NCBI GenBank assembly: GCA_019058365.1
Contig: JAHPZE010000003.1
Location: 224,001-288,000, forward strand
Length of the DNA stretch: 64,000 nucleotides
Origin: Promethearchaeota archaeon
GTDB taxonomy: Archaea; Asgardarchaeota; Lokiarchaeia; Sigyniarchaeales; SOKP01
Reading direction: 5' to 3'
The first letter of the stretch is position 1. Every line of letters starts with the position of its first letter. Of the stretch, positions 29,556 to 39,243 are shown one piece after another. Below the pieces are notes generated by a model that did no database searches, was not told where the DNA came from, and was given only the letters and a program-made list of their open reading frames with translations. A program made the position numbers and the translations under genes.

Positions 29556-31694
29556 ATGTGTTTTGCCATGACAACACCTTTGCCAAGTCCAAGTCAACCA
29601 ATTAATAAAGTTCAACGCTTTGAGGATTTTTATCGTTTATTTCAAGAAAAACCAGGTGTATATAAGTATCAAGATCAAATTAATGATATTTACGCAAAAG
29701 GAGGAAATACTCTAATTATTCTTTATGAAGATTTATTGGCAAGTGAACCAGATTTAGCTGAATTGCTAAAGCAAGATCCTGAAGCTTTACTTGAAGATGC
29801 TATAGACGCATTTAAAAATTTATTAAAATTTCAGGGATCAAAACTTTCTATTCAAAATTATTTTGTCAGAATAACCACTAAAGATAAAATAAGCACTTTA
29901 TTTATCCCTCTAAGAGGATTAAGAGCAAAACATATTAGTACCCTAGTTTGGTCTAACGGTATCTTAGTTAGATGTTCTACCATAAGACCTAAGATAATAA
30001 AAGCTTCATTTGAATGCAATATATGTGGAGCTCAATTTGATATTATTCAATTAACTTCGAGAATTAGGTGGCCTAAATTTTGTGTAAACAAGAGATGTAA
30101 AGCAAGAGCACAAACAGATTTTAGACTTTTATCAAAAAGTTCAGAATTTATTGATTGGCAAAGCGTCATGATTCAAGAGATACCAGAAGATTTGCCAGCT
30201 GGAAGAATTCCTAGATCAGTTCAGGCAATTTTAACACATGATTTAGTTGATACAGTAAAACCTGGGGATAGGGTCAAATTGATGGGAGTTTTTAAATCGG
30301 TTTTAGCCCAGTCGACTAAAAGTAATAATTCTACATTATTCAAGACTTTTTTTGATATTAATTTTATAGATCCTGAAGATAAATCAGAAGATACTATTGA
30401 TCTCTCCAAAGAAGATATGAAGAAAATTGAAGATCTATCAAAAGAACCATTTATACAAAAAAAAATCGCAAGATCAATCGCTCCGGATATATATGGAAGA
30501 GAAGACCTTAAAATTGCTTCAGCATTAAGCTTATTTGCAGGGACAAGGAAGAAGAAACCCGGAGGTGGTTATAAAAGAGGTGATATTCATGTGTTATTTG
30601 TGGGAGATCCAGGAACTGGAAAATCAGAGATATTGAAAAGTGCCATAGAGGTATCTCCACGAGGATTGTATACTTCTGGGAAAGGTTCCACCGCTGTAGG
30701 TCTAACCGCGGCTGTGATAAAAGATACTGAAACAGGCCAAATGAACCTTGAGGCAGGAGTTGTAGTATTAGCAAATGGAGGTGCAGCTGCTATTGATGAA
30801 TTTGATAAAATGGATACTGCAGATAGATCTGCACTCCATGAGGCAATGGAACAACAAACCGTAAGCATTGCAAAAGCTGGAATTGTTGCCACATTGAAAG
30901 CTCAAACAGCGATCATAGCGGCAGCTAATCCATATTCAGGAAGATATGATAGATATAAAACACCTACTCAAAATATTCGCTTACCGCCTTCTCTATTATC
31001 ACGTTTTGATTTAATTTTTATAGTTGTTGATAAGCCTAACCAAGCAGATGATGCTCAAATGGCTGAGTTTATATTAAAAAATTCCATGATGAACTCAGAA
31101 GAAACACTTGAAGAAAATGATACTTCTATAGCACCCATCTCAAGAGATCTTCTGAAAAAATATATTAAACACGCTAGAAGGACATGTAATCCCGTTTTAT
31201 CTGACGAAGCTAAAGAAAGAATAAAAGAATTTTATCTTGACTTAAGAGGCCAATATGACAGTGAAGATGCAATCATATCGATTTTAGCAAGAAATTTAGA
31301 TGCTCTAGTAAGGCTTAGTGAGGCTTATGCTAAAATGGCGTTAAGAGATAATGTACTTAAAGAAGATGTTGAAGAAATAATTAAATTGTTCAAGAGATAT
31401 CTTAAAGACACTGGTTATGATGAAACAACTGGAAAAATTGATATGGACAGAATTTTTGTTGGTCAATCTAGAACTAATCTAAATAAATTAGAAACTATTA
31501 TGAATAGATTGAAAGAGATCTTTGAAGAAAATAATTGGAGAGCACTTGAAAAATCTAATGTTATTCAAATTTTAGAGTTAGAAGAGAGTTTAGATAAAAA
31601 ATTCATAGAAAACGCTTTAGATGAGCTAATAAAAGAGGGAACCTTATACGAGCCAAAAAGTAACCAAATTAAATTTACAAATAAAATAGAATAA
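29556..31694 (+). CDS. mcm: MCM replicative helicase
   Basis: Zn finger CNIC..C...C, Walker A GDPGTGKS, IDEFDKM, EAMEQQTVSIAKAG, arginine finger SRFD and C-terminal winged helix. Confidence 0.98.
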   Translation: MCFAMTTPLPSPSQPINKVQRFEDFYRLFQEKPGVYKYQDQINDIYAKGGNTLIILYEDLLASEPDLAELLKQDPEALLEDAIDAFKNLLKFQGSKLSIQNYFVRITTKDKISTLFIPLRGLRAKHISTLVWSNGILVRCSTIRPKIIKASFECNICGAQFDIIQLTSRIRWPKFCVNKRCKARAQTDFRLLSKSSEFIDWQSVMIQEIPEDLPAGRIPRSVQAILTHDLVDTVKPGDRVKLMGVFKSVLAQSTKSNNSTLFKTFFDINFIDPEDKSEDTIDLSKEDMKKIEDLSKEPFIQKKIARSIAPDIYGREDLKIASALSLFAGTRKKKPGGGYKRGDIHVLFVGDPGTGKSEILKSAIEVSPRGLYTSGKGSTAVGLTAAVIKDTETGQMNLEAGVVVLANGGAAAIDEFDKMDTADRSALHEAMEQQTVSIAKAGIVATLKAQTAIIAAANPYSGRYDRYKTPTQNIRLPPSLLSRFDLIFIVVDKPNQADDAQMAEFILKNSMMNSEETLEENDTSIAPISRDLLKKYIKHARRTCNPVLSDEAKERIKEFYLDLRGQYDSEDAIISILARNLDALVRLSEAYAKMALRDNVLKEDVEEIIKLFKRYLKDTGYDETTGKIDMDRIFVGQSRTNLNKLETIMNRLKEIFEENNWRALEKSNVIQILELEESLDKKFIENALDELIKEGTLYEPKSNQIKFTNKIE

Positions 31695-31732
31695 TTTAAT
31701 TCTTTTAAATTATGTTTAAAATAGGGTTATTT

Positions 31733-32257
31733 TTAATAGAACACTTTTACTGCTTCTTCTGAGATAAGTTTAAATACTAATTCAACATTTTCTCCTGTTT
31801 TTGCAGATGTTCGAATAATTGATATAGCATTAATTTTCTTTTCTAAAGAAAAAATCTCCTTTTCACTTAATTCTGTTCCTAAATCATTCTTATTTGCGAG
31901 TAGAATAATTGGAGCCTGTGCGCAGTATTGTTTTACATCAGGAATCCAGAATTTTTCAATTTGATCGAATGTGTTTCTACGTGTTAAATCCCCAACAATA
32001 ATAATCCCCTTAGCCCCAGAATAATAAGAAGGTCTCATACTTATCCAACGCTCTTGTCCAGCAATATCCCAAAGCTGAATCTTTATATCAATATTCTTTT
32101 CTAATTTTAGTTCCTTAGTAAAAATGTTTGTTCCTATACTTGAACGATAATCTTTAGTAAATTGTCCCGTAATAAATTTTTTAACTAAGCTTGTTTTTCC
32201 AACAGCGGGTTCTCCAATTACAATGATTTTCAGCGTGTACTTAATAGTCTTGCTCAT
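31733..32257 (-). CDS. Ras-superfamily (Rab-like) small GTPase
   Basis: G1 GEPAVGKT, G3 WDIAGQE, G4 NKND, G5 SAKTG. No C-terminal prenylation Cys. Confidence 0.95.
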   Translation of the reverse strand: MSKTIKYTLKIIVIGEPAVGKTSLVKKFITGQFTKDYRSSIGTNIFTKELKLEKNIDIKIQLWDIAGQERWISMRPSYYSGAKGIIIVGDLTRRNTFDQIEKFWIPDVKQYCAQAPIILLANKNDLGTELSEKEIFSLEKKINAISIIRTSAKTGENVELVFKLISEEAVKVFY

Positions 32258-32359
32258 ATATAATTAATCCTATGAAGAAACTTTTTTAAGTTTATATATA
32301 AATATTAAAGTAATTAAGTCCTAAAAATATTAAAAAAGTAAAAATAGAGAGATAGTATT

Positions 32360-33460
32360 ATGACAACGGGCATAATATATGATGATATTTACTTAGAACA
32401 TAACATTGGAACTCAATTACAACATGTAGAGAGCCATGAAAGATTGATTTCTATAATGAATTTTTTAAAACAAAAACATTTGCTTGAAGATCCAAACTTT
32501 AAAGTTATTAAACCAAGAAAAGCAACTTTAGAGCAAATCAAGTATGTCCATAAAGAAAGATTAATTAAAGAAATTCAAGAAATATGTGAATTAAGTGCTA
32601 AAACGCACCGTCTTCAGTCTATTGATATGGATACAGTCGCATCCCCTAAAACCTATGAAGCATCATTATTCTCAGTCGGTGGAAATTTGCAAGCTATAGA
32701 TGAGATATTAAATCATAATGTAAAGAATGCCTTTGCATTGGTAAGACCTCCTGGACACCATTCTAATTCACATAAATTTGCTGGATTTTGCATATTTAAT
32801 AATATTGCTATCGCAGCAGAATATCTTTTTAGGGAAAAGGGAATAAAAAAAATAATTATTGTTGATTGGGATTGCCATCATGGTAATGGTACTCAAGATA
32901 TTTTCTATCAAGGTTCTAAATCAGATTCTGGCGAATTAGTAATATTTAATTCTCATCAATACGGACATTTTTATCCAGGTACAGGAAATTATGATGAAAT
33001 TGGCATTGGGAAAGGAGCAGGAAAAATTATTAATTATCCAATGCCTGCTGGTTCAGCTGATGATGTTATACCTCTTTTTTTCGATGATATAATCGCTCCC
33101 ATATGTGAAGAGTTTAAACCAGAATTTATTTTAATTTCTGCGGGTTTTGATACGCATTGGACAGATCAATTAACAAATATGAGTTGGACATATCAAGCAC
33201 CTGCAAATTATCTAAAAAAAATTAGAACCGTCGCACAAAAATATGCTAATGATAGAATTCTTATAACTTTAGAAGGAGGTTATGAATTAGATAAACAAGC
33301 TCGCGCTGTTTATAATTGTCTAAAAGTTCTTAATAATGAGGATGACAATCTAATATTAGAAGAATCAAGATCTTCAAGAGCGGAATTGCTAGAATATTTC
33401 ATTAACAAATTAATTCCCGCATTAAAGGATAAATTAAAGCCATATTGGGAATGCTTTTAG
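32360..33460 (+). CDS. Zn-dependent histone deacetylase family protein
   Basis: RPPGHH, GFCIFNN, DWDCHHGNGTQ, SAGFD and LEGGY motifs. Confidence 0.95.
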   Translation: MTTGIIYDDIYLEHNIGTQLQHVESHERLISIMNFLKQKHLLEDPNFKVIKPRKATLEQIKYVHKERLIKEIQEICELSAKTHRLQSIDMDTVASPKTYEASLFSVGGNLQAIDEILNHNVKNAFALVRPPGHHSNSHKFAGFCIFNNIAIAAEYLFREKGIKKIIIVDWDCHHGNGTQDIFYQGSKSDSGELVIFNSHQYGHFYPGTGNYDEIGIGKGAGKIINYPMPAGSADDVIPLFFDDIIAPICEEFKPEFILISAGFDTHWTDQLTNMSWTYQAPANYLKKIRTVAQKYANDRILITLEGGYELDKQARAVYNCLKVLNNEDDNLILEESRSSRAELLEYFINKLIPALKDKLKPYWECF

Positions 33461-33571
33461 GAAGTTACTTACATACAAAACACTTTTATATTTACATTTA
33501 TGCTATTATTATAATTACACTAATTATTGTATAATAAAATTTTATTTAGTAAAAATTAGATAGAGATTATT

Positions 33572-34510
33572 ATGTCCGACGAATATGAGAGAAATGATAA
33601 TAATAAAGAAAAGAAAAAAAAGCCGTTTTCAATACCATCGATGCCACCGCCTTCAATAACCCCTCTTACCCCCCCTCCTTCAATGCCACCTCCTACAGCT
33701 ACACCATCTACGACCCCCCTGCCTTTAACAACCCCTCCTGCGCCTTCAATCCCACAATCACCTTCTCCACCTGTACTTGAATCAACTCTCCCTCCTATCA
33801 GGGGACCTATGACCCCCCCTCTTATTGATTCCACACCTTCAATTTCAATAGCGCCTTTACAAGAGGAATATAATTCAGTTAAAATACAGCTCCAAGAAAA
33901 AGATTCCAGTATAAATCAATTACAATCTCAAATTAATAATTTAAATACCCAAAATTCACAATTAAATGCTCTGATTCGAGAAAAAGAAAATCAAGTGAAT
34001 CGAGTAACAAACCAATTACAATCTCTTCAGAGTTCAACTGAAGCTTATCAACAACAAGTTAAACAATTGACTGATGAAAATGCTCAACTACAAGCTCATA
34101 TTCCTGGATTACAACAACAAGTTCAAGAACTTCAACAACATAATTCTATGTTACAACAACAAATTGGGCCGTTACAAGCACAAATTACTAAATTGCAGGA
34201 AGAGGTTGTGTACAAAGAAAAGCGTATCCAGGAACTGAAAGAACCAAAAGCAGTAATGCCTTCTAGTTTAGCACAAGGTATAACAGATCAAACATCTAGC
34301 TATAGTACTAGTCCATCTTTGACACCTACAACAACATCCACACCTAGCCTCTCTACTCAAATGGGTGCAGGGAGAAGAATTTGCCCTAACTGTGGTGCAA
34401 GTGGTTTTGCTGTAAAGGAAGTTGAAGATAAAACGCGAATAATCAGTTACATTCCAAAACCTATTTATGCAAAAAAACTGGTATGTACTAAATGTGGTTT
34501 CGAATTTTAA
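33572..34510 (+). CDS. Proline-rich / coiled-coil / C-terminal zinc-ribbon protein
   Basis: Pro/Ser/Thr-rich aa ~18-95, Gln-rich heptads aa ~97-225, C-terminal CPNC...CTKC. Confidence 0.85.
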   Translation: MSDEYERNDNNKEKKKKPFSIPSMPPPSITPLTPPPSMPPPTATPSTTPLPLTTPPAPSIPQSPSPPVLESTLPPIRGPMTPPLIDSTPSISIAPLQEEYNSVKIQLQEKDSSINQLQSQINNLNTQNSQLNALIREKENQVNRVTNQLQSLQSSTEAYQQQVKQLTDENAQLQAHIPGLQQQVQELQQHNSMLQQQIGPLQAQITKLQEEVVYKEKRIQELKEPKAVMPSSLAQGITDQTSSYSTSPSLTPTTTSTPSLSTQMGAGRRICPNCGASGFAVKEVEDKTRIISYIPKPIYAKKLVCTKCGFEF

Positions 34511-34759
34511 AATTATTAATCTTTTCTTTTATACTATTAATAAATCTTTTAGCCTTCATTTCAAATAGTTTGATTAATGGGCATATCAACTGAGTTATAA
34601 TTGATAACTTTTCATAATTAACTACAAGAAAGTTATTCATAAAATTATTTTTAAAGAACCTAACAAATTAAAATAGTATGTGGAAAATTATATATATAAT
34701 AATTTTAATTAATATTCTAAACTCTTTTTGGTGAAAAAAAAGGTTTATTTTGGTCTAAT

Positions 34760-37700
34760 ATGTCTGAATTAAGAGAGGAAATATTAGGAGGAGGTATTAA
34801 TAAAAAGCGAATTATTGGTACAGTCTTAATAGCAATGCTTTTAATTGGTATTTTTGCCTTCTCAATGACTTTTTATAGTATTCTCTTTGGTAGTCAAAGG
34901 CCGATTCCAAGTGAAGAAAAAGCTAATACAGACGAAGAGGAAGCTTTATTAATAAAACCACCTTTTCCCTTTGATGAAGATTTTTGGAAAAATCTTTTAC
35001 AAGATTTTTTAGATAATTTTGATCCTAGCCTTTTAGACAATTTAGATATAGATAATCAAACTCTTGCTGATATGTTAGCTGACCTGCTTGATGCAGACCT
35101 AAGTGATCTAGATTTAGGGAACTTTTCTATGGGTCAACTTCTCCCCTTATTAGCCTTACTTGGTTTAGCTGGTGCTGGAGATATAGAAATATTTAGAGTA
35201 TTTGACTACAATTCCTTAGATAATATGAGAGATGCTTTATGGAAAAGTGAATGTTTTGATGAATATACTGGAGATGGATGGCATTCTACAGCGAGTTTAA
35301 GTACATATAATTTTTATAAATATAGTAATTATTATTCTAAGTATGCTCCAGATCCAGAACTTTTAAAAATAAAAAAAGAAGTTCCATCTCCTGAAATTGG
35401 AATAAATTCTATGAGTATACCAACTCTTTTCCCTTCTCCATTTGTGATGGAAGGAAGCGTAAATGCTCCTAACTTAAATTTAGGTTCTACCACTCTTCAT
35501 AAAAATGACTATAATTGCACTACACTAGATCTCTACTTTGATTCAACTGAAGGAGTAAATATGACATACGAAATGTTTGGTCTGCACCTACCTACAGATC
35601 AAGAAATAAATAGTACTGCTGTTGAAGCTACTTATACTCCATCATATATAAAAACAAAATATTTACAATTGCCTCCAACAATCACCGTTTATAAAACTAA
35701 TAACCCCAACTTCAAATCTCACTGTGATATATTAAATACTATCATAAATCCTAATGATAATGCTTTTGTAGTCGCTAATAAGATCAAGGATTATCTTAAC
35801 ACATACTTTAGTCTTCCGACGACTATGGAGGAAATTTATAATTATGAACCTGCTCCAGAAGGAACGGATGTTGTTGAATGGTTTTGTCAAACCCAAACAG
35901 GATTATTTTCTGATTTTGCATCAGCTTTTTGTGCTTTCTCAAGAGCTTTTGGAGTAGCAAGCAGATTTGTTGATGGGTTCAATAGTTTTGGGATTGAAGA
36001 ATTTACTGATAAGAATGAAGGACAAGACTGCTTTGCGATAAAATATAAAAATCTCTATAGTTGGGCAGAAATTTATGTCCCAACTGATGTCTCTGGAAAA
36101 GGGAAATGGGTTCAATTTGACATTGAACCATTAAATGTATTAGGAGGCAATTTTACTATAGATGTTGATACAGATAGATTAACTTATTCTAGACCAGATG
36201 TAATAAAAATCAACGCTAGTTTAAGCGAGCCAGTTGATAATCAACGTATAACATTCACAGATTTAACAACTGATGAAGTTATAGGTCAAAATTACACAAA
36301 TTCGCTTGGTAAAACTTCCATGAAATATTATTTAAATGCTTCTCATGTTGTCGGTGCTCATGTAATTGAAGCAAAATACGATGATGTGATTTTTGACCAT
36401 ACTTATATTGGTATATTAGGGAATATTTCAGTTGTTTTATCGAATATTAATCCGAATGTAGTAAATCTCTCTGATGCTCTACCAGATGGAATTAACGTTC
36501 AAGGATATCTTTATGATCCTTTAAATAGTAAAAGAGTCAAAAGTGCTGTAGTTGAAGTTATTTTACTAGAAAGAGGTACAAGTAATGAAATAATTGGTGC
36601 ATTTAATCCTCCTGTGGTTATTACAGACTCTAATGGCGATTTTGATGATTTTTTGGATTTAACTGTGGTTAATTCTGGGCAATTCGAAGTAAGAGCCGAT
36701 TTTAATGGATATTGGATTATAAATTTTACAACTCCCAGCATTACAAATTCAAGCAATAGATTAGAATTAAATATTACTAAAGATCTAACACCATGGTTCT
36801 ATATTGATGGTGTACCAACAAATGTTCCAAGTAATCCTCGTGTTTCTAGATACATAAATCTAAATCTCACTGTAAAAGTGGTTTCAGCAAGTTTTGGACC
36901 AGTACCAAATAAAGTAGTTTCTTTTTATGATTATTCCAGAGGTGGAACTTACATTGGATCTGATATTTCAGATGCAAATGGACTTGCCTCAATAAACTAT
37001 TTTGTAGGTGATTATTGTGTTGCAGGACCCAATTTATTATTTGCTCAAATAGGTTTACAAAAAAATTATTCATATTTTGTTCTGAATGAAGAATCTACAA
37101 TAAATATTATTTCTGGACCATCGCCTAGAGTTATCAATCGTACTGGGGGTGGAGCCACACAATTTAATATAGTAGGCGAAATTTATGATAGTACTAATAA
37201 CTCTCTACCAATAAGGTATTCTGAAATTTCTTTATTATTATTAAAAGGGGGAGCAGATTATTCTTCCTATTTAGTTCCAGGTGAAAGTTATCCTTATCAA
37301 ACTGATTCAACTGGTACTTTTGATCTCACTTTTGGAGTTACTCCAACCACCCCACCAGGAAATTACACGTTAAGATTAGATTTTAATGGAACAATTAGTT
37401 TATTCTCCTATCCTTATCCTTTTCCATTCAATTTACCATTTTTAAATACTTCTACGGTTTTTAGTAGTGATCTACAAATAAAGGTCCCAGCTACGTTACA
37501 ATTCAGCTTTCGGATTAATGGGACTACGTCTGATAATGTTTACAACCCAGTTATTAATCGTTATGATGATCTCAATCTCACAGCTTATATACAATACGAC
37601 AGCATTCCTATTGATGATGGAGAATGGGTCGATTTTTATGATATGACACAAGACAACCTCTTTATTGGATCAGATCAAACTAATTCAGGATTGGCCCAAG

Positions 37701-39220
37701 TTACTTATTCAACGGGTTGGAGTACAACAGCGGGACCGCATTTAATTTATGCCACATGGAATAATAATTATAATTACTCATATTTCATATTAGATGCTCC
37801 TATTATTATTAATCTTGATATCTGTCCTGAACCTAGGAATATCAACCGTAGCGGCGTGTTTGGTAGAAATTTCTTAATTCATGGATATCTTAATGATTCT
37901 CTTAATGGAAATCCTGTGAAATACGGAAGTATTAATGTCCATCTGTATGATGGACCCACTGAAGTATCATTTTATCTAAATTTAGAATTAGGATCTTTAC
38001 AGCTTGGAACTTCAGGAATAATAGATCTCACATATTCTGTTTCAGACTCAACTCCAACTAAGAACTATACTTTACATGTTGATTATAATGGTATCTTTAC
38101 TTATACAAATCCTAACTATCCTCAATCTTTTGATTTATCGTACATAGCAAATTTTTCTGATAGTGCATTAGGATTCTATAATTTAAGAGTTTTTGATCCT
38201 GATGATGTTAATATATACTTTTTCATTGATGGAACCCCAACACAAATATTTTATTCGGATGGGAACCTTCCTGAAAGATATTCTGGAATTGAATCAATAA
38301 ATTTTTCCGTATATGTTATTCAATATGCAGTTCCAGTTAGTTCTGGTACTGTTACATTCACTGATATTTATACGGGTTTAACCTTAGGAACTCCATCCGT
38401 AAGCAATGGGTTTGCTTCAATTTTAGCGGATACTACAAGTTGGCATGGAGGACTCCATCGAATAGAGGCCCAATGGTCAGGATCTGTTGCTACGAATAAT
38501 ACATATGTCATTATTAATAAAACAGCAAATATATTTGCTAGCATAAATCAGGCTTCCATAATTAGAAATATTGACAATTTTATAGTTGATGGCACACTCC
38601 AAGAAAATGGAGAATTATTAAGAGGTTTAGTTGTCAATATTCGATTATTAGATGCCACTTACAGCGACGTCTCTCTGCTGTATTTAAGTGGATATAAATC
38701 AATAACAACGGATGCTCTTGGGTATTATCACTTTGATAACTCTATTAATCTTAGTTGCCCTCAAGGACAATATTATATAAGAATTGATTTTAATGGAAGT
38801 ATTAATGAACCAGGCATAAGTTTATCAGATTATGTGATTCATAATAGTAGCATACTTATTTCAATAAATATATTAGCAGATACCTATATTATAGGGAATT
38901 ATGAAACCAACGTCGTTAAGAATGATTGGTATTATGGTGATTCTTGTTATGTTTATGGATATCTTTATTGGGATAATGGAACCGCAATAACGGGAATGGA
39001 AATTAACGTAACCATTAGAGATGGAACTGGGGCTATATTAACTACTCAGACAGACTTTACCGATGGCAGTGGATTTTTCAATATAACTTTTATTGTTGGA
39101 GATTGGCCAGATAATACTGAAGTATGGGTAAATTTCTATCCTGAGGATCCAGATAATTTTGGAATTCCTAATGGATTATATATAATATTGACGGAACAAG
39201 AGATAAATAGGCAAACTTAA
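34760..39220 (+). CDS. Membrane-anchored transglutaminase-like protein (degenerate triad) with tandem Ig-like repeats
   Basis: N-terminal TM helix. TGase-core pattern G..(C>F)..FASAF...R.FGV.SR.V.GF...(H>Y)SWAEIY...WVQFD. About 1000 aa of beta-rich repeats follow. Confidence 0.85.
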   Translation: MSELREEILGGGINKKRIIGTVLIAMLLIGIFAFSMTFYSILFGSQRPIPSEEKANTDEEEALLIKPPFPFDEDFWKNLLQDFLDNFDPSLLDNLDIDNQTLADMLADLLDADLSDLDLGNFSMGQLLPLLALLGLAGAGDIEIFRVFDYNSLDNMRDALWKSECFDEYTGDGWHSTASLSTYNFYKYSNYYSKYAPDPELLKIKKEVPSPEIGINSMSIPTLFPSPFVMEGSVNAPNLNLGSTTLHKNDYNCTTLDLYFDSTEGVNMTYEMFGLHLPTDQEINSTAVEATYTPSYIKTKYLQLPPTITVYKTNNPNFKSHCDILNTIINPNDNAFVVANKIKDYLNTYFSLPTTMEEIYNYEPAPEGTDVVEWFCQTQTGLFSDFASAFCAFSRAFGVASRFVDGFNSFGIEEFTDKNEGQDCFAIKYKNLYSWAEIYVPTDVSGKGKWVQFDIEPLNVLGGNFTIDVDTDRLTYSRPDVIKINASLSEPVDNQRITFTDLTTDEVIGQNYTNSLGKTSMKYYLNASHVVGAHVIEAKYDDVIFDHTYIGILGNISVVLSNINPNVVNLSDALPDGINVQGYLYDPLNSKRVKSAVVEVILLERGTSNEIIGAFNPPVVITDSNGDFDDFLDLTVVNSGQFEVRADFNGYWIINFTTPSITNSSNRLELNITKDLTPWFYIDGVPTNVPSNPRVSRYINLNLTVKVVSASFGPVPNKVVSFYDYSRGGTYIGSDISDANGLASINYFVGDYCVAGPNLLFAQIGLQKNYSYFVLNEESTINIISGPSPRVINRTGGGATQFNIVGEIYDSTNNSLPIRYSEISLLLLKGGADYSSYLVPGESYPYQTDSTGTFDLTFGVTPTTPPGNYTLRLDFNGTISLFSYPYPFPFNLPFLNTSTVFSSDLQIKVPATLQFSFRINGTTSDNVYNPVINRYDDLNLTAYIQYDSIPIDDGEWVDFYDMTQDNLFIGSDQTNSGLAQVTYSTGWSTTAGPHLIYATWNNNYNYSYFILDAPIIINLDICPEPRNINRSGVFGRNFLIHGYLNDSLNGNPVKYGSINVHLYDGPTEVSFYLNLELGSLQLGTSGIIDLTYSVSDSTPTKNYTLHVDYNGIFTYTNPNYPQSFDLSYIANFSDSALGFYNLRVFDPDDVNIYFFIDGTPTQIFYSDGNLPERYSGIESINFSVYVIQYAVPVSSGTVTFTDIYTGLTLGTPSVSNGFASILADTTSWHGGLHRIEAQWSGSVATNNTYVIINKTANIFASINQASIIRNIDNFIVDGTLQENGELLRGLVVNIRLLDATYSDVSLLYLSGYKSITTDALGYYHFDNSINLSCPQGQYYIRIDFNGSINEPGISLSDYVIHNSSILISINILADTYIIGNYETNVVKNDWYYGDSCYVYGYLYWDNGTAITGMEINVTIRDGTGAILTTQTDFTDGSGFFNITFIVGDWPDNTEVWVNFYPEDPDNFGIPNGLYIILTEQEINRQT
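36150..38900 (+). repeat. Intragenic tandem repeats of about 237 aa (two Ig-like domains per unit, about 4 units)
   Basis: Equivalent Gly codons of the FYIDG/FRING/FFIDG motifs lie at 36809, 37520 and 38231, exactly 711 nt apart. Recurring G.h.i.A, NYSYF.L and DFNG motifs. Confidence 0.8.
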
Positions 39221-39243
39221 AAAAAAAGGTGAAATAAAGCTAA

